In this document: positions 40,601-49,155 of the stretch, in pieces | Layout of the letters: each line of letters opens with the position of its first letter | How positions within the stretch are numbered: position 1 is the stretch's first letter | NCBI GenBank assembly: GCA_965216785.1 | Contig: OZ244197.1 | Span: 1,248,001 to 1,312,000, forward strand | Origin: Thermodesulfobacteriota bacterium | Lineage (GTDB): Bacteria > Desulfobacterota_D > UBA1144 > Nemesobacterales > UBA2774 | Length of the DNA stretch: 64,000 nt | Direction of reading: 5' to 3' | Made by a program: the position numbers and the translations under genes | The notes under the pieces: generated by a model | The model's database searches: none | What the model was told of the DNA's origin: nothing | What the model saw: only the letters and a program-made list of their open reading frames with translations

Positions 40601-40836
40601 TTAAGTTTGATTCTATGACGAACTGAGAATATGAATATGATGAAAAAAAATAATGCCGCTGTACCTATAAATTCATCTAATTCCCACGGTTCGTAACTAC
40701 TAATTAACATGTGGATTATTTCAAATAAGTCGAAATACGAGGAAATGATATAAACGGACAAGAATAAAACTAATAAAGCTGCTGGTTCCTTGTTATTGTT
40801 TGCAAATTGGAAAATTCTGTCTTTAAAATTAGTCAT
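37661..40836 (-). pseudogene. Membrane GAF-GAF-PAS-PAS hybrid histidine kinase, frameshifted just after the H-box (ORFs 38605-40836 and 37661-38659)
   Basis: First ORF ends ..AHDFNNLLTIVLGNVSL; second frame resumes ..SEAEDA..QLLTFSKGG, colinear with the paralog at 31997-33925. Confidence 0.85.
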
Positions 40837-41019
40837 AATATGCTGTTTTGCTTAACTCACCAGACGGTATTGGTTACGCCATCCTTTTCCCTCTGTACAT
40901 CTGGCTTGTTCAACCTTTATTCTTTAGCCTCATAACTTTAATATTTTTGAAAAAGCAGAGTAAAAAATTTATGCTAACACCTACAAAAAATTAAATCGCA
41001 CATTACATAGAATGTATCT

Positions 41020-41034
41020 GCAATCTTTATGCCA
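41020..41034 (-). promoter_or_regulatory. Sigma54 (-24/-12) promoter for the hybrid kinase
   Basis: TGGCAT-AAAGA-TTGC on the minus strand; palindrome GACAAAGTTTGTC at 41119-41131 upstream. Confidence 0.65.
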
Positions 41035-41186
41035 GTTGATCTAGGATTTGTAAGAGACTAGAATTATTACACATTGATGATAAAACCTTATTGCTATCTA
41101 TTAAAGATGTTTAAGGGCGACAAAGTTTGTCACAATATAATTCACTTTTTTGTCAAGAGTGGTTAAAGTTGGAGTTTTTAAGACTT

Positions 41187-41225
41187 TGTACTGCACCCCT
41201 TTTGTCAAGCCTGATTTAAGTTTGA
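41187..41225 (+). repeat. IS150-like terminal repeat
   Basis: TGTACTGCACCCCTTTTGTCAAGCCTGATTTAAGTTTGA; a degenerate copy lies just upstream (~41140-41175). Confidence 0.75.
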
Positions 41226-41415
41226 TTGAAGAATATTTGAACGAATTAAAAGGTCTTGCCTAATCATAGTCTAAATAACTTAATTTCTGTAACTCACTTT
41301 CGATACCAATAACTTTATCTTATAGAGAATGTAAATAATCTATATAATATCCTTGGCTATACCGGATTAGCCTATATAATTTAATCCATAGGCTATAAAA
41401 TATATTGAGCAAAAA

Positions 41416-42057
41416 ATGCAATCAACCGCATACAACATAGATAGAGAAAAGATTTTAGACCTTGAACAAAGAGCAAAGCTATTAAAAACATGTAAGGACA
41501 AAGCTGAACTGGATTTATTACATGGTCGGGAAACATGGATAAAACGTTACATGTTAGTAGATTTGGCTCTATTTACTGGATTACGTGTTGCCGAGATAGC
41601 CAATTTAAAAATTGGGGATTTCGATATAAAAGCTAAAGATCCCTATCTAATTGTTAGAAAAGGGAAAAGGGGTAAAAAAAGAGATGTTTATTTGGATAAA
41701 GAACTCGTTAGGCATATAAAGGCTTTTATTAGTTGGAAGAAGAAAACAATGAGAGAAGAAGTTGAAAATGATAGTCCTTTTTTTACTGGTAGAGATGGAA
41801 AACACTGTGCAGTTATAACTCTTATGAAATCATTTAAAAGGGCAATCCAAGACTCAAACTTACCTTTACATTTCTCTATACACAGTGCTCGTCATACATA
41901 TGCCACTTTCTTACTACATGCAACAAATAATCTTAGATATGTTCAGAAACAGCTTGGCCATAGTAAAATAAGTATGACTGCACTTTATGCGGATGTTTTA
42001 CCATCTGAAAATGGTAACCTAGCTAATAAGATTAGAGAAAATAATCTAACAGATTAG
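41416..42057 (+). CDS. Short tyrosine recombinase (catalytic domain only)
   Basis: TGLRVAE, GK, HSARHTY, LGH and TALY catalytic residues in 213 aa. Confidence 0.9.
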   Translation: MQSTAYNIDREKILDLEQRAKLLKTCKDKAELDLLHGRETWIKRYMLVDLALFTGLRVAEIANLKIGDFDIKAKDPYLIVRKGKRGKKRDVYLDKELVRHIKAFISWKKKTMREEVENDSPFFTGRDGKHCAVITLMKSFKRAIQDSNLPLHFSIHSARHTYATFLLHATNNLRYVQKQLGHSKISMTALYADVLPSENGNLANKIRENNLTD

Positions 42058-42100
42058 CACACATACGGTTGTATTAAGCGTACTTAATTTATATTGATTA

Positions 42101-43615
42101 TCATTTTTCTGTAATCATATTTCTCCTAATCCATCCCTCAGCTTCAAAGGCATGTACGTAATCCATGTAACTTACTAGACACCATCCATCTTCTTCTCTG
42201 ATTAAAGTGACTACCATATTAGGCTGCAATATTCCCAGTGGTTTAGCATCATAAGAATTGGCTTCCATAACCTCAGATTTCTCTATTACTACATAGTCGT
42301 CAAATTGGCTCTTATTCTCCTCTTCTTCGCACGTATTTTCCATGTGTTCTTTCAATTCATTGAACTTTTCTTGTTCATAAATTCTATCTCTTTCTTCCAT
42401 CTCTTTTAGTTCTTCAATGAGTAGTTCCCTAGTAACCACATGTTCTTGACTCATTTTTTCTATTATTTTATTAGTGGATTCCTGAGACACATAGCAGCTA
42501 TGTGATAAGCTAATAAATAAAAATACTGCCGATACAATCACGTTAAGTATCAGAGGGTTTTTAGTACTTTTATCCCAAACATTCTTTATAAATTCAAAGA
42601 AGCTATCTCTTATCTCATTACGTTCTGACTCTTCTTCTGCTGTTAGGATTCGGGAGCAATATTCTGTGTACTTATTGCCAAATGTATTTTGGAATTGTTC
42701 GAATAAATCCTGACTGTCAACTAATTTGTTAAGATAGTCTCTAGCATAATTTATTGGAATGTTATTAGCAGTAACCATATTTATTGCATCCATCATATTA
42801 CGTTTGGCTTCTAATGCTTCTTCAAATTGAAGTGCGGCCGTTGATGGTATATCAAACGCATTAAAGGTCTTGGAGAGTAAATCATTTGTTTCTTTTAATG
42901 TCCTAAGTGTTTCAGTATCCAAAGTTATTTGATTAGGTACTAAATATCCCCGACTAAGGCCTGCAACTAATCCGATATCAACAGCAGCTTGTTGTGCTAG
43001 TTTGATTTGGTCCTCAAACAAGTCACGTTGTTGAAATATTGCATCGCTTAACCCGTGATCTGCGACCAATCCCATATTTGATGCAGTCTTTTGTGCTAGT
43101 TTGATTTGGTCTTCGAACCACTTGGGTTGTTGCAATAGTGTATTTTCAATATCCATCATCTCTATTTGCTTACTAACGGATTGCAACGTTTCTAATTGGG
43201 GAAATGTATACCTCTTCATTCTTTCACTTAGGTCTTTAAATGGTCCCATCAATTTCTTATCGTAGTCTTTAAAAACTTTTCTGAGCTTATCGAAAAAATT
43301 TCCATATTTATGTTTATTTTTTATTTTGTTGTAACGAGTCTTAAGTGCATGACTGTTTAACAAAATTATTCCAATATTTTTCAATTGATACTCTGATAGC
43401 TCAGATAATTTATCTCTTGGTAACTTAGGTTTGATTAGTAAGGAATGTGCAAGGTCACGAAATGCCTCTCTCGCATTTTTTCTACTAGATGCAAACTTCT
43501 GTATGATATTGTGTTGCTTTAAAGTAGGATAACGAAACTCTAATTCACCAATGTTTTTAGTTTTAATTTTGAATGACCCAGGAATTTTTACTTCTAAGTC
43601 TTTGATATCTACCAT
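42101..43615 (-). CDS. Hypothetical protein with one TM helix and C-terminal SH3-like domain
   Basis: C-terminal LGILQP.MVVTLI.EEDGWCLVSY...EGWI; internal duplication FEDQIKLAQ..A...GLVA. Confidence 0.65.
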   Translation of the reverse strand: MVDIKDLEVKIPGSFKIKTKNIGELEFRYPTLKQHNIIQKFASSRKNAREAFRDLAHSLLIKPKLPRDKLSELSEYQLKNIGIILLNSHALKTRYNKIKNKHKYGNFFDKLRKVFKDYDKKLMGPFKDLSERMKRYTFPQLETLQSVSKQIEMMDIENTLLQQPKWFEDQIKLAQKTASNMGLVADHGLSDAIFQQRDLFEDQIKLAQQAAVDIGLVAGLSRGYLVPNQITLDTETLRTLKETNDLLSKTFNAFDIPSTAALQFEEALEAKRNMMDAINMVTANNIPINYARDYLNKLVDSQDLFEQFQNTFGNKYTEYCSRILTAEEESERNEIRDSFFEFIKNVWDKSTKNPLILNVIVSAVFLFISLSHSCYVSQESTNKIIEKMSQEHVVTRELLIEELKEMEERDRIYEQEKFNELKEHMENTCEEEENKSQFDDYVVIEKSEVMEANSYDAKPLGILQPNMVVTLIREEDGWCLVSYMDYVHAFEAEGWIRRNMITEK

Positions 43616-43657
43616 ACGCCTAATATAACCAAATTTTTAGGAAAAGTTTATTTAATA

Positions 43658-43780
43658 TGTACTGCTCACAATTACTATTAAGTTTTAAGAATCATACTTC
43701 CAACTTAATCTTTGCTTGACAATAGGGGAGCGGTGTACTGCTCCCCTTTTGTTTAGTCGGATGTAAGATGGAATCTTGAA
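43658..43780. repeat. Three IS150-like ends including a head-to-head junction
   Basis: TGTACTGCTCAC at 43658; TTCCAACTTAATC..GCTTGACAATAGGGGAGCGG abutting TGTACTGCTCCCCTTTTG at 43734. Confidence 0.75.
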
Positions 43781-43854
43781 TATCTATACTAAGAAAAAGA
43801 AGCCGGCAAAAATAGTACTAAGCTAGCTTATTTCATTTATTATATTAATAATAA

Positions 43855-43900
43855 GTGGCTCCTACGGGATTCAAACACGAATAACAGCCTTGAGGGGACT
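43855..43900 (-). pseudogene. Degenerate 3' half of tRNA-Glu(CTC), att-like remnant
   Basis: Reverse complement AGTC-CCCTCAA-GGCTG-TTAT-TCGTG-TTTGAAT-CCCGT-AGGAGCC-AC. Confidence 0.6.
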
Positions 43901-43987
43901 ATATCAACAGCCTTTATCTGATTACCGATAGCATGATAGATTAATAATATTATATAGATAATCTACATTTTCTATCAAATAGCGTCA

Positions 43988-44059
43988 TATTCTGATATAT
44001 TGCCATCAGAAAATGGCAGTCTTGCCAATAAGATAAGAGAAAATAATCTAACAAATTAG
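43988..44059 (+). pseudogene. Duplicate 3' tail of the short tyrosine recombinase
   Basis: YSDILPSENGSLANKIRENNLTN* vs YADVLPSENGNLANKIRENNLTD* (41986-42057); 59/72 nt identical. Confidence 0.85.
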
Positions 44060-44104
44060 GACAATATAGCTGATTGGATGGGAAAAAATAATAATTATTT
44101 TGAA

Positions 44105-44707
44105 CTAAGATCGATCTGCCCAATTGTCATCAAACCAAATACGGGGAATACCGACCTTCTTTGAGGCTTGATATAAAGTTTCTTGTACATCATAAAACTT
44201 TTTCTTTGTATCAATTTCTTTAATAGCATTAAAGGGTAAATTATATTTGAGCTTCTTGAGTTTTTTCATCACGATCCCATCGATTGGGACGTAAAGATAA
44301 TTACTGAGTCTTGCCACTTCATTCTTTGAGAAACGACGACTGTGTAATACCGTATCGCGAAGGATAAGACACAAGATTTTTGTGCCATGCCCCCATTTAT
44401 AACCAGGGTAAATTGAGGGTTTGTCAGCCTGAGGACTCGTCCTTTTTATAACTTCAGCAAATTTAGATAAATTTTTCTCAAAATATGCCTTAAATTGTCG
44501 CTGACTTTTGATAGATTGAAGTTCCTTAACATCAATTTTGATTAGCGCATCAACCAACTTGTTCTTTGTGCCACTTTTAAACACTCGTATTATTGATCCA
44601 CCTAGATTTATGCGTGCAAAGAAGTATAGTTCAGATTCCCAATGGTGCTTTTTTATACGCTTGTACTCTTCTTGTATCAACTCGTACTCTTGTATCAATT
44701 CGTTCAT
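44105..44707 (-). CDS. Hypothetical protein
   Basis: 200 aa with GGAGG RBS; WGHGTKILCL.LRD, VPID and GIPRIWFD motifs; family not identified. Confidence 0.7.
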   Translation of the reverse strand: MNELIQEYELIQEEYKRIKKHHWESELYFFARINLGGSIIRVFKSGTKNKLVDALIKIDVKELQSIKSQRQFKAYFEKNLSKFAEVIKRTSPQADKPSIYPGYKWGHGTKILCLILRDTVLHSRRFSKNEVARLSNYLYVPIDGIVMKKLKKLKYNLPFNAIKEIDTKKKFYDVQETLYQASKKVGIPRIWFDDNWADRS

Positions 44708-44839
44708 TTCCGCCTCCCATTATAATTGATAAAAATCAAACTATAAATATTAAAGAATAAAACTGAAATAATATAGAGGGGGACGGCAGGTTAAAAGTTA
44801 TAAGAAATAATTTGATTTATTTCTTCTCGTTATGATATA

Positions 44840-46117
44840 TTGAATAAAATGTACGAATTGAAGTTCCTTCATTGTGCAGATCTTCATATCGATAGTCCTT
44901 TCAAGGGCCTTTCATCTGTAAATACTGAATTAAGGGATATTCTCCATGAATCCACATATAGGTCTTTTTTAAATATCGTAGATTTAGCCATAAACGAAAA
45001 GGTTGATTGTGTCTTAATTTCTGGGGATATATATGATGGAGCCGATAAAAGTCTGAGAGCTCAACTGAGATTTCGAAATGGCTTACAGAAACTCTCAGAT
45101 GAGGACATACTAACTTTCATAATACATGGTAATCATGATCCATTAGATGGTTGGTCAGCAACAATAAAATGGCCTGAATTAGTTGTCATTTTTGGTGGTG
45201 ATAAAGTACAAAAATATCCAGTCATAAAAAATGGACAAGTTATAGCCAATATCTTTGGTATAAGTTTTGCAACTCGTGATATATACGAAAATTTAGCGTT
45301 ACAGTTTGAGAACCTTGAAGAAAATATTCCTTCAATTGCCCTCTTGCATACCAATATAGGAGAAAATACTGGCCACGAACCTTATGCCCCTGCATCTGTT
45401 GAAGATTTAATATCAAGAAAAATGAGCTATTGGGCATTAGGTCATGTGCATAATCATAAGATATTAAAAAACGAATACCCAGCAATTGTTTACCCCGGAA
45501 ATACTCAAGCGAGAAATTCTAGAGAAATAGGAGAAAAGGGATGTTGTATTGTTACATTAACATCTCAAGGAGAATGCAATATTAGTTTTGTGCCAACAGA
45601 TGTTGTTAGGTACAGCACTCATACCCTAGACATTTCAGAAATTGGGAATATTGATGATTTAATTGAAGCTGTGAAAGAGAAATGTGAAGAAATAGCTCAA
45701 GAAATGGATAAACGCCATACAATAATTCGGCTTAAAATTATTGGCAGAACAGATTTACATCATGAGATTAATAAAGAAAATGTTTTAGAGGACTTAATCG
45801 TATCTATTAGAGAACAATTTGAAGATGCAGATCCAATAATTTGGCTGGAAAAATTATTGATCAATACCAATGGTATGTATGATCTAGACAAAATAAGAGA
45901 AGGCAAGGATTTTATTGCAGATATTGTTAGGTTGTATGATGAACTTAATGTACCTGAGCAGATAATTCTGGATGAGTTGAGGGAGGAACTGAGTGTTCTA
46001 TTCTCATCCTGGCAAGGGGCAAGAAAATATTTAGATCAATTGTCGGACGGGGAACTATTAGAAATAGCTAAGCAAGCTAGGGACTTAACACTAGATGATA
46101 TGTTAACTATAGAATAA
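44840..46117 (+). CDS. YhaO-like Mre11/SbcD metallophosphoesterase
   Basis: HCADLHIDSPF, SGDIYD, HGNHD, YWALGHVH and YPGNTQAR motifs. Confidence 0.9.
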   Translation: MNKMYELKFLHCADLHIDSPFKGLSSVNTELRDILHESTYRSFLNIVDLAINEKVDCVLISGDIYDGADKSLRAQLRFRNGLQKLSDEDILTFIIHGNHDPLDGWSATIKWPELVVIFGGDKVQKYPVIKNGQVIANIFGISFATRDIYENLALQFENLEENIPSIALLHTNIGENTGHEPYAPASVEDLISRKMSYWALGHVHNHKILKNEYPAIVYPGNTQARNSREIGEKGCCIVTLTSQGECNISFVPTDVVRYSTHTLDISEIGNIDDLIEAVKEKCEEIAQEMDKRHTIIRLKIIGRTDLHHEINKENVLEDLIVSIREQFEDADPIIWLEKLLINTNGMYDLDKIREGKDFIADIVRLYDELNVPEQIILDELREELSVLFSSWQGARKYLDQLSDGELLEIAKQARDLTLDDMLTIE

Positions 46118-46118
46118 T

Positions 46119-48860
46119 ATGGAAATTCAAGAAGTCATAATAGATGGTTTTGGCAAATTCGCCAATATAAGAATTTCTGGTTTCAAAAAGGGTGTTAATA
46201 TCCTTTATGGACCTAATGAATACGGTAAAACAACTTTATTGAATTTCATTAGGCGAATGCTATTTGGATTTCCTAGGAGCTCCCCCAACGTAAATCCCTA
46301 TCCTGCTTTGAATGGTGGATCCTATGGAGGCAAGTTAATTTGCAAGCTGGATAATGGGGATGCTGTTATTATATCTAGGACCGAGGGGCCTCACGGTGGA
46401 AAAGTTTCAATCCAAAATAACTCCTCTGAATTAAATGATCAAGATGCATTGAACAGGTTGCTTGGCAATGTTAGTGGAACTTTATATCAAAAAGTATATG
46501 CAATTAGTCTCGATGAACTACAAGCTATTCAATCGTTGAGCACCGAAGAAGTAAAAAGTCGCATCTATGGTGCCGGACTTGGTTTAGGAAACAAATCTCT
46601 CACAACAATTAAAAAAGATTTATTAACTCATCAAGAGAATATTTTTAAGCCCAGGGGCTCCACTCAAAAAATTCCCAAATTATATAATGAGATTAGAGTA
46701 TTAGAAAATGAAATCAAAGAAATGCAAGAAAATTTATCAAATTATGATGGTTTAGTTGAAGAATTTAATAAATCTAAGAATGAAATTGATACACTTAAGA
46801 TTGAAATAACTAACCTCGAAGCAAAGAAAAATTTATCAGTAAATCAAAAAAAATTGTATCCAACTTATATTGATATTATTGATTCAGAATCTACTTTGTC
46901 TCAACTTGGAAAATCTGAGAATTATCCTGATAATACAATAGAAAGATTAGACAATTTAGAAATTGAGCTGACTGGCATACATAAACGTATTGATGAGCAT
47001 AAGAGTGATCTTGATTTCTTGAATAGTAAACAGGAATCCATTAGTTTCAACAAAAAACTTATAGAATCTGAATCAGATGTTATTGCTCTTCAACAATCTA
47101 TAGAGAACTTTAGGACAGCTACAAAAGACATTGAATTAGAAGAATCAAATAGAAGTGCATTAGTTGATAATATCCAAAGAGAAGTTAATCAGCTCGGAGA
47201 GGGGTGGTCTCTTAGTCAAATAGAACAGTTTCAACTAACCCACGAACAAAAAGAAACTATCAACTCTTTTAAAGATAGATTTATTAATGAAAAAGACAGG
47301 GCGCGGACTATAGAGAACAAATTAGAACTTTATAGGGATCAAAAATTAGCAAATTTTTCTAAAGGTTTTATAGGGCCAGAGTTTTATAAGTATGCTATTT
47401 ATGCAATAATTCTTATTGGGTTATTAGGTGTAGGTTTTGGTCTTTATTCTTCACAAATTAACCTTAACAATATTCCTTCTCTCATAAATTCACAACATAT
47501 CTATCTAATTGGATTTTCTTTTCTTATTTTTATTATTGGAAGTGTAATAGCATGGCATATGAAAAGTAAGAGCACTTTAGATTCAATTGATCCTTTAGAA
47601 CAGGCTTACTTAAATGAACTTCAAGAACAAGAAACAACTTTGACAAACATTAACATGGAATGGAATAGATTTCTTAGTACTTTAAATCTGGAAGAAGGTA
47701 CAACGGTAGAAACGGTTTTAGATATTGTTGCTTCGATAGAATATATAAAAAAGCAAGTTGCTACTTTAGATCAAAATGAAAAAAGGATTCTTAATTTGGA
47801 TAATATTATCAATAATGTTAAACAAATACATGACAAAGTTATCAGTGTTATAGAGGAACCAGCCGTTAGCACTGAGATAAGTGCTAACATAGAATATATT
47901 CAAAGAAAATTTGCAGAAAGTGCTGATAATAAGAGACAGAAAGAAAATAATGAGAAACTTATTACAGAGTTAGAAAATAAAATCGATAATCTTAGTAGCG
48001 AAAAACAATCAAAACTTATAGAAAAGCAAAATTACATTAGATCACTTAATGCGAATGATGAGGATGACCTCAAAAATAAGTACAAAATATTCAAAAAACG
48101 AGAAGAAATACTCGAAAAGATTAATGGGTATAAAAAAATCATACAATCAAATGTAGGAACCAACAAAGATTATGAAGATTTCCTAAATTACCTAAAAGTC
48201 ACTAACCCAGAGACGATAGAGAATGAACTAAATAAGATTATATCCCATTTAGACGAAATCAAAGAAGAACGAGATACTAAAAACCAATATATTGGGGAAC
48301 TTAATAACAAAATTGATGACATAGCGTCTCATCAAGATTTGTTGGTTAAGCAGAACGAAATTGAAGTGAAAAAGCAGCAATTGAACGATCTTTCAGTCGA
48401 ATGGACTAAATTTCAAATAGCTGGAGTAATGCTTAATAAAGCTATTTTTAAATATGAAAATACACGTCAACCAAACGTAATCAAAGCGGCAGAGGAAATA
48501 TTCTTTCATCTAACGGATAAATCCTATACTAATATTACTAAACCAATTGAAAAGGACGATCTTTTTATAAGTGATGAATTTGGAAATAGAAAAGGTGTGC
48601 TTGAATTGAGTAGAGGTACTAAGGAGCAGCTATATTTTGCTATGAGACTCGGCTTAATTAAGGAATATGAAAGTCAGTCAGAATCAATGCCAATAATTAT
48701 GGATGATATATTCGTAAATTTTGATGATGATAGGGGACCATTAGCTATGGAAGCATTACATAATTTTGCATTATCGCGTCAGGTTATTGTACTCACATGC
48801 CATAAAAATATGTGTGAGTTATACAAAGGTTTAGGCGTAAATGAAGTTGCAATTATTTGA
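46119..48860 (+). CDS. YhaN/SbcE-like Rad50-type ATPase (AAA_27) with central TM segments
   Basis: YGPNEYGKTTL Walker A, coiled coils, LSRGTKEQLYFAMRL, MDDIFVNFDDDR. Confidence 0.9.
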   Translation: MEIQEVIIDGFGKFANIRISGFKKGVNILYGPNEYGKTTLLNFIRRMLFGFPRSSPNVNPYPALNGGSYGGKLICKLDNGDAVIISRTEGPHGGKVSIQNNSSELNDQDALNRLLGNVSGTLYQKVYAISLDELQAIQSLSTEEVKSRIYGAGLGLGNKSLTTIKKDLLTHQENIFKPRGSTQKIPKLYNEIRVLENEIKEMQENLSNYDGLVEEFNKSKNEIDTLKIEITNLEAKKNLSVNQKKLYPTYIDIIDSESTLSQLGKSENYPDNTIERLDNLEIELTGIHKRIDEHKSDLDFLNSKQESISFNKKLIESESDVIALQQSIENFRTATKDIELEESNRSALVDNIQREVNQLGEGWSLSQIEQFQLTHEQKETINSFKDRFINEKDRARTIENKLELYRDQKLANFSKGFIGPEFYKYAIYAIILIGLLGVGFGLYSSQINLNNIPSLINSQHIYLIGFSFLIFIIGSVIAWHMKSKSTLDSIDPLEQAYLNELQEQETTLTNINMEWNRFLSTLNLEEGTTVETVLDIVASIEYIKKQVATLDQNEKRILNLDNIINNVKQIHDKVISVIEEPAVSTEISANIEYIQRKFAESADNKRQKENNEKLITELENKIDNLSSEKQSKLIEKQNYIRSLNANDEDDLKNKYKIFKKREEILEKINGYKKIIQSNVGTNKDYEDFLNYLKVTNPETIENELNKIISHLDEIKEERDTKNQYIGELNNKIDDIASHQDLLVKQNEIEVKKQQLNDLSVEWTKFQIAGVMLNKAIFKYENTRQPNVIKAAEEIFFHLTDKSYTNITKPIEKDDLFISDEFGNRKGVLELSRGTKEQLYFAMRLGLIKEYESQSESMPIIMDDIFVNFDDDRGPLAMEALHNFALSRQVIVLTCHKNMCELYKGLGVNEVAII

Positions 48861-49155
48861 CGCCTTGTTGCTGTTAAGTATTGAGTAGTATTATCAATAT
48901 AGAAATAATGAAGTATTATTTCTGAAGTTTTCAACATATTAATGTTTTAGTTTCAAGTTCTTCATTTCCACAGATCATGGTCTATATATAGTTTCGTATC
49001 TAAATAATCGATAGTGAACAATATCCACAATATTGAAGTTGTAATAAATTATATGTATTAAAAATAAACATTAACTTATAGTTATACTATTCAAGAGGGG
49101 ACCTCCCCAACTTGTTAGGAACTGCCTACTACGTAGAATCGGGTGTTTAACTCAC

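Noticed and set aside
31111-43780. Dispersed repeats as a CRISPR array or integron attC sites
   Set aside because: Irregular spacing, both orientations, no cas or intI gene and no GTTRRRY core. TG...CA termini and an OrfA stub point to IS3-type ends.
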